A stretch of DNA of 64,000 nt from the human T2T-CHM13v2.0 reference genome, Homo sapiens. The stretch lies in the NCBI RefSeq assembly GCF_009914755.1, contig NC_060935.1; one strand, 5' to 3'. The translations under genes were made by a program, and so were the position numbers. Shown piece after piece: positions 11,091 to 24,029 of the stretch; position 1 is the first letter of the stretch, and each line of letters opens with the position of its first letter. Under the pieces are notes generated by a model. That model did no database searches. It worked only from the letters and a program-made list of their open reading frames with translations, and had not been told where the DNA came from.

Positions 11091-13979
11091 CCCTGTCCCA
11101 AGCTGGGTTCCATTTCCCGGAGCCACAAGCCACAGTGAGAGCCGGCTTGAGTTTGCATCAACACCGGAGGTCAAACCAGGCTAGGAGAGGGCATTTGGAA
11201 TTTCATTTCCTCCGGCTCTCTGGCTTTGTTTACAAAGTCAGAGGTGACCTTAGAGATTTTGCATCTAATTTGGTCTTTACAGTAAACACAGCTATCCCAG
11301 AAGGGAGAAATGTGCTTCGAACTCCTCAAAGCTGTAGCTAATGGAAGATACTCCATTGAGATCAGATTGGCAGTTGTTTACCACTTACTGAGCACCTACT
11401 GGGTGCCAGGCCCTGTCCTAGGAGCATCACCATCATCTGATTGAATCCTCAAGATGACCTCTGATGTAGGCATTAATATTCCCATTTTACAGATGAGAGA
11501 ACCGCCCCAGAGAGTGAAAGTCACTTGCCCCAAATCATACAGAGAACCAATAATTTGAACCCAGATCTTCCTGATTTTGAGGCTGGGGCTTTTTCTGCTA
11601 TACTACACAGTGTTCCTCAGCCATGTGGATGGGGAGTAAGAGGTGCTGTTTCCTGACTTCCTCCCTGACACCTCCCCTCATGCTCTTCTGACCCTCAGCA
11701 CAGGCTCTCTCATTTGAGTTCAGCCCTTATGGGGACTACACCAGCCCTACTAAAACCTGGGGGCTCAGGCAGGGTGAATTCCATGTGCCCTGTGCCCACC
11801 CCTGGCAACCTTAGATTGACTCCCAGAAGCCAGGCTATCCCTTCCCCATGGTGCAGCAGCCTGGGGGCACTGGGGTCCCAGTGCTGATTGGGACTGCAAT
11901 CAGCATAATCTCATCCACCTCCCACAGTGACTGGCTCAGGGATAGACAATGGACCCAGCCTACATCGATGAGCTTAAAGTAGTGTTCTAGGTCCAGATGC
12001 TTTCTCCTGCTCTGAGTGGTGGAGTGTGAAGATATGAGACCTGGTGCTACGGACACTATTTTGCTTCCATGAGGAAAGCCAGACAGAATCTAAATGATAC
12101 ACACAGAGGAGGGCAGAGCGAAGGGACCTGCAGAGAAACAGAACTGGAGCCCTGATTAAAGTGTGCCTGAAGCCTGAACACTTTCTGGACTAGCTGGTTA
12201 CATGAACAATTAAGCCTCTTGGTGTTGAAATCACTTTGTGTTGGGTTTTTGTTCCTTGTAACTGAAAACATGCTCCACTACTCTTTCGTGCTTCTTGTCT
12301 GTCAAGATGCCTAGGAGTATGATCCTGCCAACAGACCTGAGCCAATGGGTCTAGCTCCTCTGCTTCCTCTTAGAAGAGGAGACTAGCAATGCCAGGTTTC
12401 CATAGGGAAAGGCAGGATAGCAATGTAGAAAGAACACAGGCTTTGGAACCAGATATCTCGGTGTGAGTCCTCACTTTGCCACTCACTGGCTATGTGGCCT
12501 TGGAAAGTAGGCTTCATCTCTGAGTCCCAGTTTTCTTGTCAAAACAGATAAGAATGCCTCCCAAGCAGGATGCTCCAAGGATGAAACACACTCAGTTCAC
12601 AGTAGTTCCCACAGAGGCCACCTGCACGGGGGTCTGCAGCCCAGGAAGCTTGGCCGAAGCTCCAAGGGCTCTGCCTGGCCTCTCCCCATCCTTAAACTCC
12701 CTCCTTCTTTTATTAGTGGGGTGGGCAATACCTTCAGGAATCTATAGAACTAACAACTGGCCTGGTTCTGCAACTTTTAGAGATTCCCTGAAGGAGCTGC
12801 TCCACTGCACAGTAGATTAAGACCACCATGCAGATAACATAGTGAGGTGACCTTTGGCTGATGGGACATGGTGGGTGGGGGTGGAGATGAAGGACACTGT
12901 CATTTACTGAGCACCAACTGTGTTCCAGGTCCTCTGGAAGGTACTGCTGACTGCTGGAGGCTGTAGGAGGAAGAACCGGAAAGCCCTGCCACCTCCCATA
13001 ATACTTGGTGTTCTTCCTGTCCTTCAGAAAGGGCTCGGAAAGCCCCTAGAGTCAGGGCGCTGGAGAAAAGGCCTGAGCTGCCATCAGCCCAGCTCTGACA
13101 GACCCCCCCAGCCAACACACATACCTCTAGACTCCTGGACTGAGCTCCTTGAGCTAGGCAAGGTGTCAGATTCATCCTAGGTACCCAAAAGATTCAGCAA
13201 AGAATGATTGTTGATTTATGTTTAAAGAACTAGGGACTTTTAGCCCCAGGATTGGTCAAGGTGACCACCATCTTGATTGCTGTCTTTCTCTGCAATGAAC
13301 AAGTTAGCCCACACAGCTCTGGAACAGTTAGGGTGACCCCTACTGGTCACCTCAAGAAATCTCAAGTAGACCATCCATAGAGTCATCCATTCTTTCACTG
13401 CCAAAATTTTACACCTACTCTACCAGGCCTGTGCAAGGGGCTGGTGACATAAAGATAATCTTGGCCTTCAAGGAACATAGAGCCCAGTGGTAGGAGACGC
13501 TGGAGAACAGTATAATGGGGTAAATATTTTGAAAGTGAGAAGTTGCAGGACCCCAGAAAAGGGTTACCTGTGGGAATTGGGATGGTGGGACATGATTTTA
13601 GCAAATATTTCACATTACAAATGTTTGAGCTGAGCCGTGAACACAAATGCTGAGTGGAATTTCTTGGAACAGATTAGCTGGGTGTCTAGTGGGGAAGATA
13701 AGACAGGATGGGGAGAAGCCACATTGGACAGACTTCACCTGGCTCTTGGGAATGAGAACTACGGGGCCAGGGCATGCTGTCTGTGTCTTCCATGCCAAAT
13801 TCTTACTGTATGAATAAACTGAGCATCAGGTTCACCCAAAGGTGAGCTCTGTGATTAATTTCTATCATCTTTACTTGGATTTCAGCAGCAGTGGCATCAG
13901 TGGTGCTGGGTAAAGTATTTGGTAACAGGGGTTGAGGGTAGCAAAAGACTAGCCACAAACCCTGATTCTACTAAAGGAA

Positions 13980-14510
13980 GTTGGCTACATCTCATAGGAA
14001 ACCTTTTAAAATTATGTGTGACGTATGTACAGGTCCAGGCTGTCTTAACAGGGGCATGGTTTCTAAAACATGGGAGGTGACTATTCCACTTTTCTTTTGT
14101 CTTAATCTACACAAAGTATATTGTGCTCTGCCTGTTAAGAAGGATTTAGACAAATTGGGACATGTTTTGAACCTGGGAAGCAGGAAGCAAGGAGAACAAA
14201 AATTTGTGTTTAAAGAACTAGAGAACTTTAGCCCGGAGAAGAGGAAGTGCAGGGAGAAATAAAAATCTCTTCTCAGATGTTTGGAAAGCATTCATGTGGT
14301 TTTACTGTCCCCAAAGAATAGATGTCATAACTAATGACTGAAAGGTCAGATGAAGGCAAGGGACGACCTTCTAGTGGTTGGAACCACCTGAAGATGAAAC
14401 AGGCTGTTCTTTAAGGTAGTGAGTCCCCATTCCTTGGAGCGTTCTCGTAAAGCCTGGGACAAGGGTCACAGGATTCCTAACCACTTCAGGGGCCTTTTCT
14501 AACCCTGGGA
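13980..14510 (+). mobile_element. L3/CR1-like 3' fragment
   Basis: TTTAGCCCGGAGAAGAGGAAG...GGTAGTGAGTCCCCATTCCTTGGAG...CCTTTTCTAACCCTG pattern. Confidence 0.55.
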
Positions 14511-17487
14511 GTCCCTGAAATCCTGGACTCTTTTTAGCTACAACAAACTGAAAGACCTGACGATTCCATCCCAGGACTCTGGGATTATGGTCTGAAGTCT
14601 CATGAGAAATACCTCATTTTTTAACCCTCTACTTTCTTCCTCCACCTCCCTCTCTTCCAAGAAGAGCTTAAGTCAGTCCCTGTGACAGAAAGCAAAATAG
14701 AACAAATGAGTTAAGTCAGATGTCAGCTGCCACAACATAAAAGTAGAGTGGATGCTTGCTGAGGCCCCACTCTTGACAAGATGGAACCCCAGGCTCCTCA
14801 GGGGAGCCCCAGCAGCCCTGCCTGCAGGGGCCATTCCCACGCTGCTCCTGCCCTGTTTGCTGTCTCTCCCATCCATTATTATAAACTCGCTGCTTAAAAT
14901 AGCAAGGTAAAAGGAGAGTCCCTGCCCCAGGGTGACATCTGGGTTCTGCTGGAGCTTGTGGGCACACGGACCTCACATCCATCACTGCAAAGTTTAGAAT
15001 ATAATCTCCAGGAAGTGCTGATCTAGAGCACCAACCCATAAAAGGAAAAAATATTTAGTAATGTTTGGTCTCCAAGCTGTTCCTTCTTTAACCCATTTTC
15101 AGGGCCCTTCTTGCTGCCTCTCCAGTCTGGTTCGGAAAGGGTTAGGTAGGCCAGTGCCAAGAGCTAATCAGCTTTCATGACTCTACTCATTCTGCCTCCA
15201 GCTAGTGCCTAACTAGAACCTGGCCCATTTTACAGGCTGGGAAACTGAGGTGCAGAAACGGAAACAACTTGACTGGTTCAGCTACCCTTGTATCTGGTGC
15301 AAATCTTCCAAGAGACTCTGCTGGGATAACTATCCAGTAATTTGTGCAACTGAAGAGGCTAGAAGTTCCTAAACCATATTTAAATATTTTATCTGCCCCT
15401 GCTCATGAAAGAAAACAAACTAATATGCTTTTGTTCATGCTTTCATTCTTCAGCTACTTCTAAGTCGCCTACTGAGCATCGGACACTATGCTAAATGTAT
15501 TTCAAGTGCTATTTTCTTTAACCCCCATGAGATAGGTTTTATTATTTCCATTTAATATATTAAGGATCTAGGGCTCAGAGAGGTTCCGCAACCTGCTCAA
15601 GATCACACAGCTAGTAAGTAGCTGGTGAAGGGCTATAATCCAGGCTAGTCTGACTCCTAGGCCCGCCATCTTTCCTCTCTTCCACTCTGGCTTCTTCACC
15701 AGGAGTTCTGCTTGAGTGTGGCAGAAAAGACTAGCACGGGGGCCCTGCCTCCCAGGGGAGGGCTGGAGTGAGTACTCCCAGTGAGGCTAAGGATGGTGGG
15801 AGGCAGAGGGGAGGAAACAGGACCTACACTTCGGTTGTCGGGCCGGGGTCTTATGAGGGCTAAAGAGTGGCCTACAGTTGAGCCTGCATGTCCTCTGGTA
15901 GGTGGTAGCAGCAGGTGGAGGACGCGGAGGCCGGCCCTGCCTTGTAGGCTTCAAAGGCCTTACTGTATCCCAGAAAGTATAGAGCCATCATCGGGACGCA
16001 CGGTTCAGGAACAGAATTTACAGAGACTATCTCTTTCAGTGCTGTCAGCAGCCCTGTGAGATGGGGAGAGTAAGTACTATTATTATTAACATTAAAGTTA
16101 GACCCATGTTACAGATGAGGAAACAGAGGCCCAGAGACTTGCCCAATGTCATCGCTCATGAATGGCAGTGCTGGGAATTCACCGAATCTGGGTCTGATGC
16201 TCCCCTTCCTTGCAGGGCCAAGCCTGTTCTCGGCAGGCAGCAGCAGCCTCTCATCATGGCGCCAAAGATGCCTCTCCCAGAGCCTTGCAACCTGCCTAGG
16301 AGAGACCAAACTCCTCTCTGAAACCACAGTATCCCAGGAGCACAGCCCGTAAGCTAAGCGGCTCTCAGATTCTCTCTGTGAATCTTTGAGCATTGAGGGA
16401 AGAGCCAAGAAGCCCTTTCGGGAAACCATGGGTTAACCTAGCCTCCACTGACCTTTCTGGAGTGACTCAGTATTCTCAGAAGGGAGTTTTTTTGTTCTTC
16501 CAGCTTTGAATTTTTGCTTTCATTTTAGCAGCACAAAGAATGTGAAAGAGATTAGGTTGCTATTAATACCACGGGTCTATCTCTAGATGGACAACTGATG
16601 GGGGGAATTGTTGGGGGTGACTGCACGTGGAGCTCTCTTAGCCCTTCTGCAAATCCAGAGGGTGATGGAGGGACACTGAGAACTCACCAGTCTTACCCCT
16701 GCACCCATTTTTACCAATGGGGAACCGAGGCCCAGAGGGGCAGGCATGTGACCAAGGCCACACCTATGAGTGAGGGGCAGAGTCAGAAAAGTCCCCAGAG
16801 CACCCATGCCCCGAGCCCGGCTGCATGTGGCAGCTTTCTGACTTTTCATTTTGACGGTTTTGCTCATAGTAAAGGGTAAGCCATTGTGTCTGTGCTGTGA
16901 AAGCAGGCGTCCTTCGGCAGTGACTCGTCATTGTTCTTGCTCTCATGCTCTCATGGTCACTCTCGCAGGAGAGAGGATGCTCCCCACAGGAGATCTGCTG
17001 AAAGTGCTGGGAGGTGCCTCTGGGGGTCCCCTGGGCCTGGCCAACTGCAGAGCTGGGTTCCGCGACTCCACAAGTGAGCCAGATGGGAAGCCTGCCTTGG
17101 GAAAGCCCCATCCTGCTTCCTAACCTTGGCCTGCTCACGGGGCTTTGTTGCTTGGCAGATTCCGTTCTAATCCTTCCTCTGCCTCTCCCTTGCTGGATAA
17201 ATCTCCCCTGGCCTCAGTTCCCTCATTTGAAAATGGAGGTAATAGCACCCACCTTTTAGCGTTGTTGTAACGATTAAATCAGGAAATACATGCAAGGTGC
17301 TGGTACATAGAGTCCACTCAGTGCCCTCGCCATTCTCCAAACAGGGCAGCTGAGTTCTCTAAGCATGCACAGCATCAACAAAACCAAGCCAAGGCTCAGA
17401 GAGACTCTGGTGTTCATCCTAGTGGCTCAGAGCTCCCAGATTTGTCTCCTGCAAGTAAAAGAGACTCAGTCCTGGTCTTTGCTGTGG

Positions 17488-17950
17488 ACAGTCCCAGGTC
17501 TGTGCTGGGCTTGCCCCATGTCTGTGCTGTGCTCAGTCCCAGGTCCGTGCTGTGGTCAGTCCCAGGTCTGTGCTGTGGTCAGTCCCAGGTCAGTGCTGTG
17601 GTCAGTCCCAGGTCTGTGCTGTGGTCAGTCCCAGGTCCGTGCTGTGCTTGCCCCGTGTCTGTGCTGTGCTCAGTCCTAGGTCTGTGCTGTGGTTACCCCA
17701 TGTCTGTGCTGTGCTCACCCCATGTCTGTGCCGTGCTCAGTCCTAGGTCTGTGCTGTGGTTACCCCATGTCTGTGCTGTGCTCACCCCATGTCTGTGCTG
17801 TGCTCAGTCCCAGGTCTGTGCTATGGCTGCCCAAGGTCTGTGCTGTGGCTGCCCAACGTCTGTGCTGTGCTCAGTCCCAGGTCTGTGCTGTGCTTGCCCC
17901 AGATCTGTGCTGTGCTTAGTCCCAGGTCTGGGCTGTGCTCAGTCCCAGGT
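17488..17950. repeat. Minisatellite (VNTR), mixed 22/23-bp units, ~20 copies
   Basis: Core GTCTGTGCTGTG repeated with variants CAGTCCCAG / TTACCCCAT / TCACCCCAT / CTGCCCAAG. Confidence 0.95.
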
Positions 17951-19013
17951 TGGTCTGGTTTCAAAGCCCCAGTTCTTTCCACTATCCCTGTACTCATGAT
18001 GACTCCCCCAAAACAGAGGTTTTTGTTCCACAGGTGAGACATGAGGCCTAGTGTGGAATCCCTCCTGGAAGAGAGCCAGCCACAGTGTCTGGCCAAGTAG
18101 GTATTTGTGCTGTGCTGAACAAGTGGGTAAGTGAGTGACTGAAGGGGGTACAGCCACCCCCCAGTGTGTGGTGGAAGCCCCAGGATTCTCTCCTGAAAGT
18201 GGATCTAGATTGAAGGGAATTGTGCAGGAGCAGGAATGGTGAAGGGCGGAGATGCAGGGAGAAAGCCTCGGTGGCAACAGAAAAGGGAGGATGAGGAAGT
18301 GGAAGTCACTTCCCCCAAGACTGTGTCCCCTAAACAAAGTCACGTTTCGGGAGGCTGGCCCTGAGAACCCCGACAATCCTGGGGTTTGCACCTCTGTGGG
18401 AAACCTTCTTAGGGCCCGATTTTCTCCAGCCCTGCTCTCCGCTCCTGTGGAGCTCGTATAGGCTTTGTTGGCTGGGGGTGCCCTGGGAAGGAGCCAGCAC
18501 CTGCTCAGACCAATGACAGGAAATAAGCCTAAACATCTCCCCAGGTTTCCTTTCCAGCTTGTTCACTTCAGGAATTCTTTTTTTAAAAATAGGTCCACTT
18601 GAAAAAATTTTTTCTTCTTCAAAATATGTACAATTGCTCAATCGGAGGCAGTTCAAAGGCACCGAGAATAGCAGCAAAGTATCTGAGCCTCCCATTTAGC
18701 GCCTAGCAGATATAAATCTTGCCCAGTTCTGTTTGTTCCAGGCTGCTCAGCAGCCTCTTCCCTGAGTCACTCACTCAAGAGTGACATGAGTCATCATCCT
18801 GGGGTCAAGGACCACACGACATTCTGGGTCTGTGAGATCCCATAAAGGGCAGGGCACCGAGGGGTCTCCAGGAAGACATGGAGGATCAGGAACTGTCTCC
18901 TAGGCCCTAGGCTTGGCTCTGCCTCCCCACATGGGTGACTTTAGAGAGTCACTAAGCCTGAGAAGTAGGTGGATTTCTGGGCCCTTCTAACTTGTACTTT
19001 GGAGGAATCTCTT

Positions 19014-19428
19014 TAGTGGTGCACAGGAGCCTGCTTGTTCCAGCTCATAAGAGTCTAATGTAATTTTCAAGAATTCTGTGAACTGGTGGTTAAACACAGA
19101 CATTATTAAAAAATAAATTACATGAACTCACATTAAACAAAAAGGAGATAAATACTCAAAATAACTGCTTTTTAATTATTTTACTACATTTTACTATTAT
19201 CTATGCTCTTCTGAAGATTTATTTCTATTGTCTCTGCATAGCGGAAACTATATAATGATTTGCTACTGCCCATCTCTTCTCAGTTCCATGATCAGTGAGG
19301 GTGAGTTAGTAGCTTGCCATTGGTCATAGTGGGAGTATCTATACCATGGAAATTGGCAAACACTATGTACATATCAGGGCCTTTTCCCCCCAGAGAGCTG
19401 GCCGTGGAACATTGCCAGCACACCACTG
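19014..19428. mobile_element. MER63-like hAT DNA transposon
   Basis: Imperfect TIRs TAGTGGTGCACAGG ... CCAGCACACCACTG. Confidence 0.65.
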
Positions 19429-20247
19429 AGCTACTCAGCCCCAGGCTCCCTGATTCTTGCTCCTACCAGGGTGCAGAAGGAACACAGATGACTTTAATAT
19501 CACCCCAAGATAGCACAGTTATGGAGACTTCATTGCCAATTGTCTTTGGACAACTTTTCCCAAGTGGACCATGAATCCCTTATCCTCAACACATCCCTGA
19601 CAGAGCTCATTGTTTCTTTCCCTCCCCAGCCCACTCCTCCTGTGCCCCAGAGAATGGCACTCAAGCTACAAACCTAGAAGTCACCGTGACTCCTTCATTT
19701 CTGTCACCCTCCACATTCAATTAGATGACTCTGAGTCCCATCAATCCTAGTTCAGAAATGCCCTTCCTCCCATCCCTGGCACCCCTGCCCATGGCTCTGT
19801 GTGACCTGAGTCACTGCAACAGCCTCATTTGTCTCCTTACCTCTGGCCTGGTCCCTTCCAATGACCCTCCATAATGATACCAGAGCAGTCTGTCTGAAAC
19901 ACAAATTGGATCATCCTTCCCCTTCATAAACTCCTTGAGGATTGATTCCCTTTTACCATGGGGGGGGCCAGTTCTGAGTCAAGCTCCTAGCCCCTCTCTC
20001 GAGGCTGATCCCCTCTTTCAACCTTTGTACACCTTATGCCCCAACCACAGTGGACCAAAAGCCAACCTCCAAACATGCCCTGCTTTTTTACACCCTTTGC
20101 ATACATCCTCCTCCTTATACTTGGGCTGCCTTCTGTCCTCCTTCTATACTTTATGGGTTCCTACTTGTCCTCCAAGACCCAGTTCACATATCTCCTCCTT
20201 CATAAACCCATTCCTCCTCTTCACCTCAGGAAAAGTTACTCCCTTCC

Positions 20248-20760
20248 TGTAGTAGTTTCCTACTGCGTCTGTACCAAATTTCCACATATTTGGTGGCTTA
20301 AAACTGCACAAATTCATTATCTTACAATTCTTGAGGTCAGAAGTTCAAAATCCATCTCAGCAGGCTAAAGTCTAAGCATCAGCAGGGCTGTGCTTCTTCA
20401 GGAGGCTCTAGGGGAGAATCCATTTCCTGCCATTTCCAGCTTTAGAGGCTGCCTACATTCGTTGGCTGGTGACCCTTTTTTCTCCATCCTCAAAGCCAGC
20501 AGAGTCGCTGGCATCTTTTCTCCCCTCTGATCTCTGCTTCCCCCTTCACATTTCCTTCTCCTCTGACTTTCACCGTCCTGCCTCCTTATAAGAACTCATG
20601 ATTACATTGAACCCGCTCAGTTAATCCAGGGTAATCTCCATCTAAGTATTCCCAATTTAATCATATCTGCAAAGGCCCTTTTGCCATTTAAGGTAACATC
20701 TTCATAGGTTCCTGGGTTAGGATGTAGACATCTTGGGGAGGGGGGAGTATTCAGCCTACT
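20248..20760 (-). mobile_element. MLT1 (MaLR) solo LTR (MLT1C/D-like)
   Basis: GGTGGCTTAAAA...GGAGGCTCTAGGGGAGAATCC...AAGGTAACATC pattern. Confidence 0.75.
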
Positions 20761-20994
20761 GCCCTATCCTCCCAGGGTACTTTGCCCAGAACTCAACCCA
20801 ACTAGAATTTGAACATCTCAAGAGCAGAGACTCTGCCTTATTCATAGCTTTATGAATATTCTTATAATATTCATATTTTTATGACCTGCCTCCAGTACAG
20901 GGTCAAACACAGAATAGGCATTCACTAAATGTTTATTGAGTTAATAAATGAATGACACCGTATTTCTAAAAAGCAGAGAAGAAGGTTTTACATA

Positions 20995-21133
20995 GGCTGG
21001 GTGCAGTTGCCCATGCCTGTAATCCCAGGGCTTTGGGAGATCAAGGCGGGTGGATCACTTGAAGTCAGGAGTTCAAGACCAGCCTGGCCAACATGGTGAA
21101 ACCCCATCTCTACTAAAAATACAAAACTTAGCC
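20995..21133 (+). mobile_element. Alu left arm only (3'-truncated AluS-like)
   Basis: Matches Alu through the middle A-rich linker then stops abruptly. Confidence 0.88.
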
Positions 21134-23996
21134 ATCATCTGGGTTGCTATATAAGCAAGTGGGTGGCCTTGCCTGCCCTCATTCTCATTGAGCTTCCCCA
21201 GGTTAATGGCCAAGTTTTTCTCTCTCTCGATGATGTACCTGGGTTTCATGTCTTCTCTGCCACACAGATGTGCAAATTTCTCCCATAGTATTCTACAACT
21301 AAAACCTCACAAAAGGCCAGGGCCTCCTTCTCTGACACCTTCATGCTTCTGTTCTGCCATCCAGGAGTAATTTGCAAAGTGAGTTTTCAGATTAACTTAT
21401 CAATGGCTCTTCTAGCTTTAACCTAAGCCTAACAGAAGACCACAGAGCAGCCCCACCAGCCCCTCTGGCTCCGCTTGGAATGCTGACCAAAGCATTTCCT
21501 CAAACAGTTGGTTATGTGCGTTCAAATGCGGCAGCACCCTCGTGTCTGCTGCTGTGGTACTCTGGAACCACCTCCTTCCTGACAGAGCAGAGCCGGGAGG
21601 CTTTGCAAGGTGATCATTGCCTTTAAACCCAGACCTGGACTCATGGCTTGATTCCTGCTCCAGCAAAGGCACAGACTCTGGTATTAGGGGTCCTGGCAAT
21701 CCAGCACCTGGGATTGCCCATTCCCATGAAGCAGGCCTCTGGGAAATGTACCTTATTTCAGGTAGAAGGCAGGAGGCACTGTACCCACTTGATGGGATCG
21801 CACTAGGCCTTGATGGCCTTGGTTCTTTCAGAAGCCAACATGTGGGCTGAATCTGAGCCAACGGCCTCTTCCTTGGATCTCCCGGCCTCTGAACCTGAAG
21901 ATGCCCTTTTCTTAGGATGGGAGCAAGGATGGATAAAGGCAAGCTGGTGTTTTGTCCAGGCCCAGAGATCTGTCAAGGGCCATCTAGACCACCAGGAACC
22001 AGAAGAGGCACCCTATTGCCTTGGATTCTTTAGAAACTTTGTTCCAAATAAAAATAAAGCTTCCTTGACTTGGCAACACCACAGCCCAATAAATAAATAA
22101 ATAAGCAAAAAAAGAAAAGAAAATTAACACCCAGTTCCCAGTGTGCCTCTCTCATTCAGTTCCTCCTACTTCTCCATCATCTCCCCTTCCCTTCCTAGTT
22201 TTCTTCTAGGAAGAGGTCATCAGGGTCTATTAGGAACCTGTAGGAATACATATAGGAATATAGGAATATATGTAGGAACTGGTTTGGGAAAGTCAGAAGG
22301 AAAAGATGGCCTCCATGGTGCCTGCCTAAATCATTCACCCATTCTAGAAAAGCTTGTTGAGTGCTTCCTATGTGTTAGGTACTGTGCTGGGCACTGGGGC
22401 TCTGGGGTGTGTCCTCCAAGGCCACCTCCTCCAGGAAGGCTTCCCTGACCTCTCCTGGAAGCTATATTCTCCTCTGGTCTATGACAGCACTGTGTGGCTA
22501 TCCCAATCTGCCAAGCAGTGGTTTCTGTTTCTCATTTGCAAAGCCTGAGGGCAGATAGCTTTCTTTTGTAACACAGGTACAGAGAAAGTTCTCAATACCT
22601 GGTGGATCTCTTCTTTTGAAAGCAAGGACTCTAGGAATCAAGCCTCACTTTTCACATGGCCTACTACACACCCAGCACAATGTAGATACGCTAGCTCTTG
22701 AACCATCTCAGGTCTGTGAGAAAGGAATTACTTGTCCATTTTACAGATGAGGAAATGGAGCCTTAGACAAGCAAAGTGACTCGCTCTAGGTCACACAGTC
22801 AGAAGGCAGAGTCAGGATTAAACACTGGGTCTCCTCTGCCCAAAATGGGATGTTTGGCTCTTCCTTAGAGAGAGCTTATTCCTATGCTTCTCTAATCTTA
22901 GCAAAGGCAGAACAAGGGTATTAGGAGATGTTTTTTGATAGGGCAGTGCTCTTGATCATTCTAGATCCCAGCTCTTCCTCAGGGCCAGCACAGCCAACAA
23001 GAACAACAGCAGCCGAGACGCAGCCCCTCTCCGAGGAACTGGAAGTCCTTCTCACGGCATCCCCTGGGGTAGACAGGAAGCAGCTGCGACTGTGATCATC
23101 TAAGACCAGCAGGAGAGAGTGTTCTTCCCTGCTGGGATGGAGCACCCCAGCTCAGGTCCCCGCCTCCTGTTCATCTCCACTCTGGGAATCCCAGTTCTCC
23201 AAAGCCATGGAAATAGGCCCAATAACCTTGGGCTGGGCTGCTGGGCAAAGTCTGGTGTAAAGCATGCTACAGAAAGCTACAGCAGGATTGAGATAGGGGT
23301 TCAGGGACAGGGCCTTGTGGGGAGTGAAGAGCAGACTGCCATGCTAACTGCCTGTGTAGGAATGAGTTCCTTCACCATTCAGGCCTCAGTCTCTCCATCT
23401 CAATAGTAAAGGCTGGGCTAACTTGCCAGCCTGAGCCCTGCTTTCTGCCCCATGAGTTCAAGTTCACGTTGCCTATTGAAAGCAGTCACACAGTAGGAAG
23501 TTAGGGGCCTTCCTGGCATCCCAGGGCTGGAAGCAGCCATCACATCCCCCTGATCACAGTGATTGGCTGGAGGGTGAGCATGTGAGCTGACAAGAACCAA
23601 TGAGATGCAAGAAGACATTACTGGGCATCCTGGGAAAGCCATCCTTAACTGCAGCCTTGAGTTCCAGAGGGTGAAAGCAGAATCCCTCTTAAGATGATGA
23701 AGAAGAACTTGTCTAAGGATGGAATCAATGTGAGACAGAGCACAGCTAAGAGCCAGAAAGAAACTAGGTCCTGAGGCTATCTTCTCAGATCCTGATCAAG
23801 CCATGCCTGATATCCCCAGCCTTTTCTGTTTTGAGAACCAATGAATACCCCTTTTTTCTTAAGCTGGCTTGTACGAGCTTTTTCGGCACTTGCAATAAAG
23901 AGTTCCAACTGGTGCAAACAGCCTATCCTTTATAATGCTGCCTGTGGGGACTTTCTTGGCACCAAGTCTTCTCTCACCTCTCTACTCTGCTGCTTA

Positions 23997-24029
23997 CCTA
24001 ACCCTAACCCTAACCCTAACCCTAACCCT
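23997..24029. repeat. Short interstitial telomeric repeat (TAACCC)5
   Basis: CCTAACCCTAACCCTAACCCTAACCCTAACCCT. Confidence 0.92.

Noticed and set aside
10665-11174. 169-aa ORF as a single-exon gene
   Set aside because: Starts at TTG and runs through a consensus donor; only 10893-11090 is IRAG1 coding.
17488-17950. CRISPR-like constant core with variable spacers, and Cys-rich ORFs in three frames
   Set aside because: Spacers are ~10 nt and recur; this is a eukaryotic minisatellite with no cas genes, and the ORFs are repeat artefacts.
21418-21942. 174-aa minus-strand ORF in intron 1
   Set aside because: No recognisable homology, and no convincing flanking splice sites were identified.
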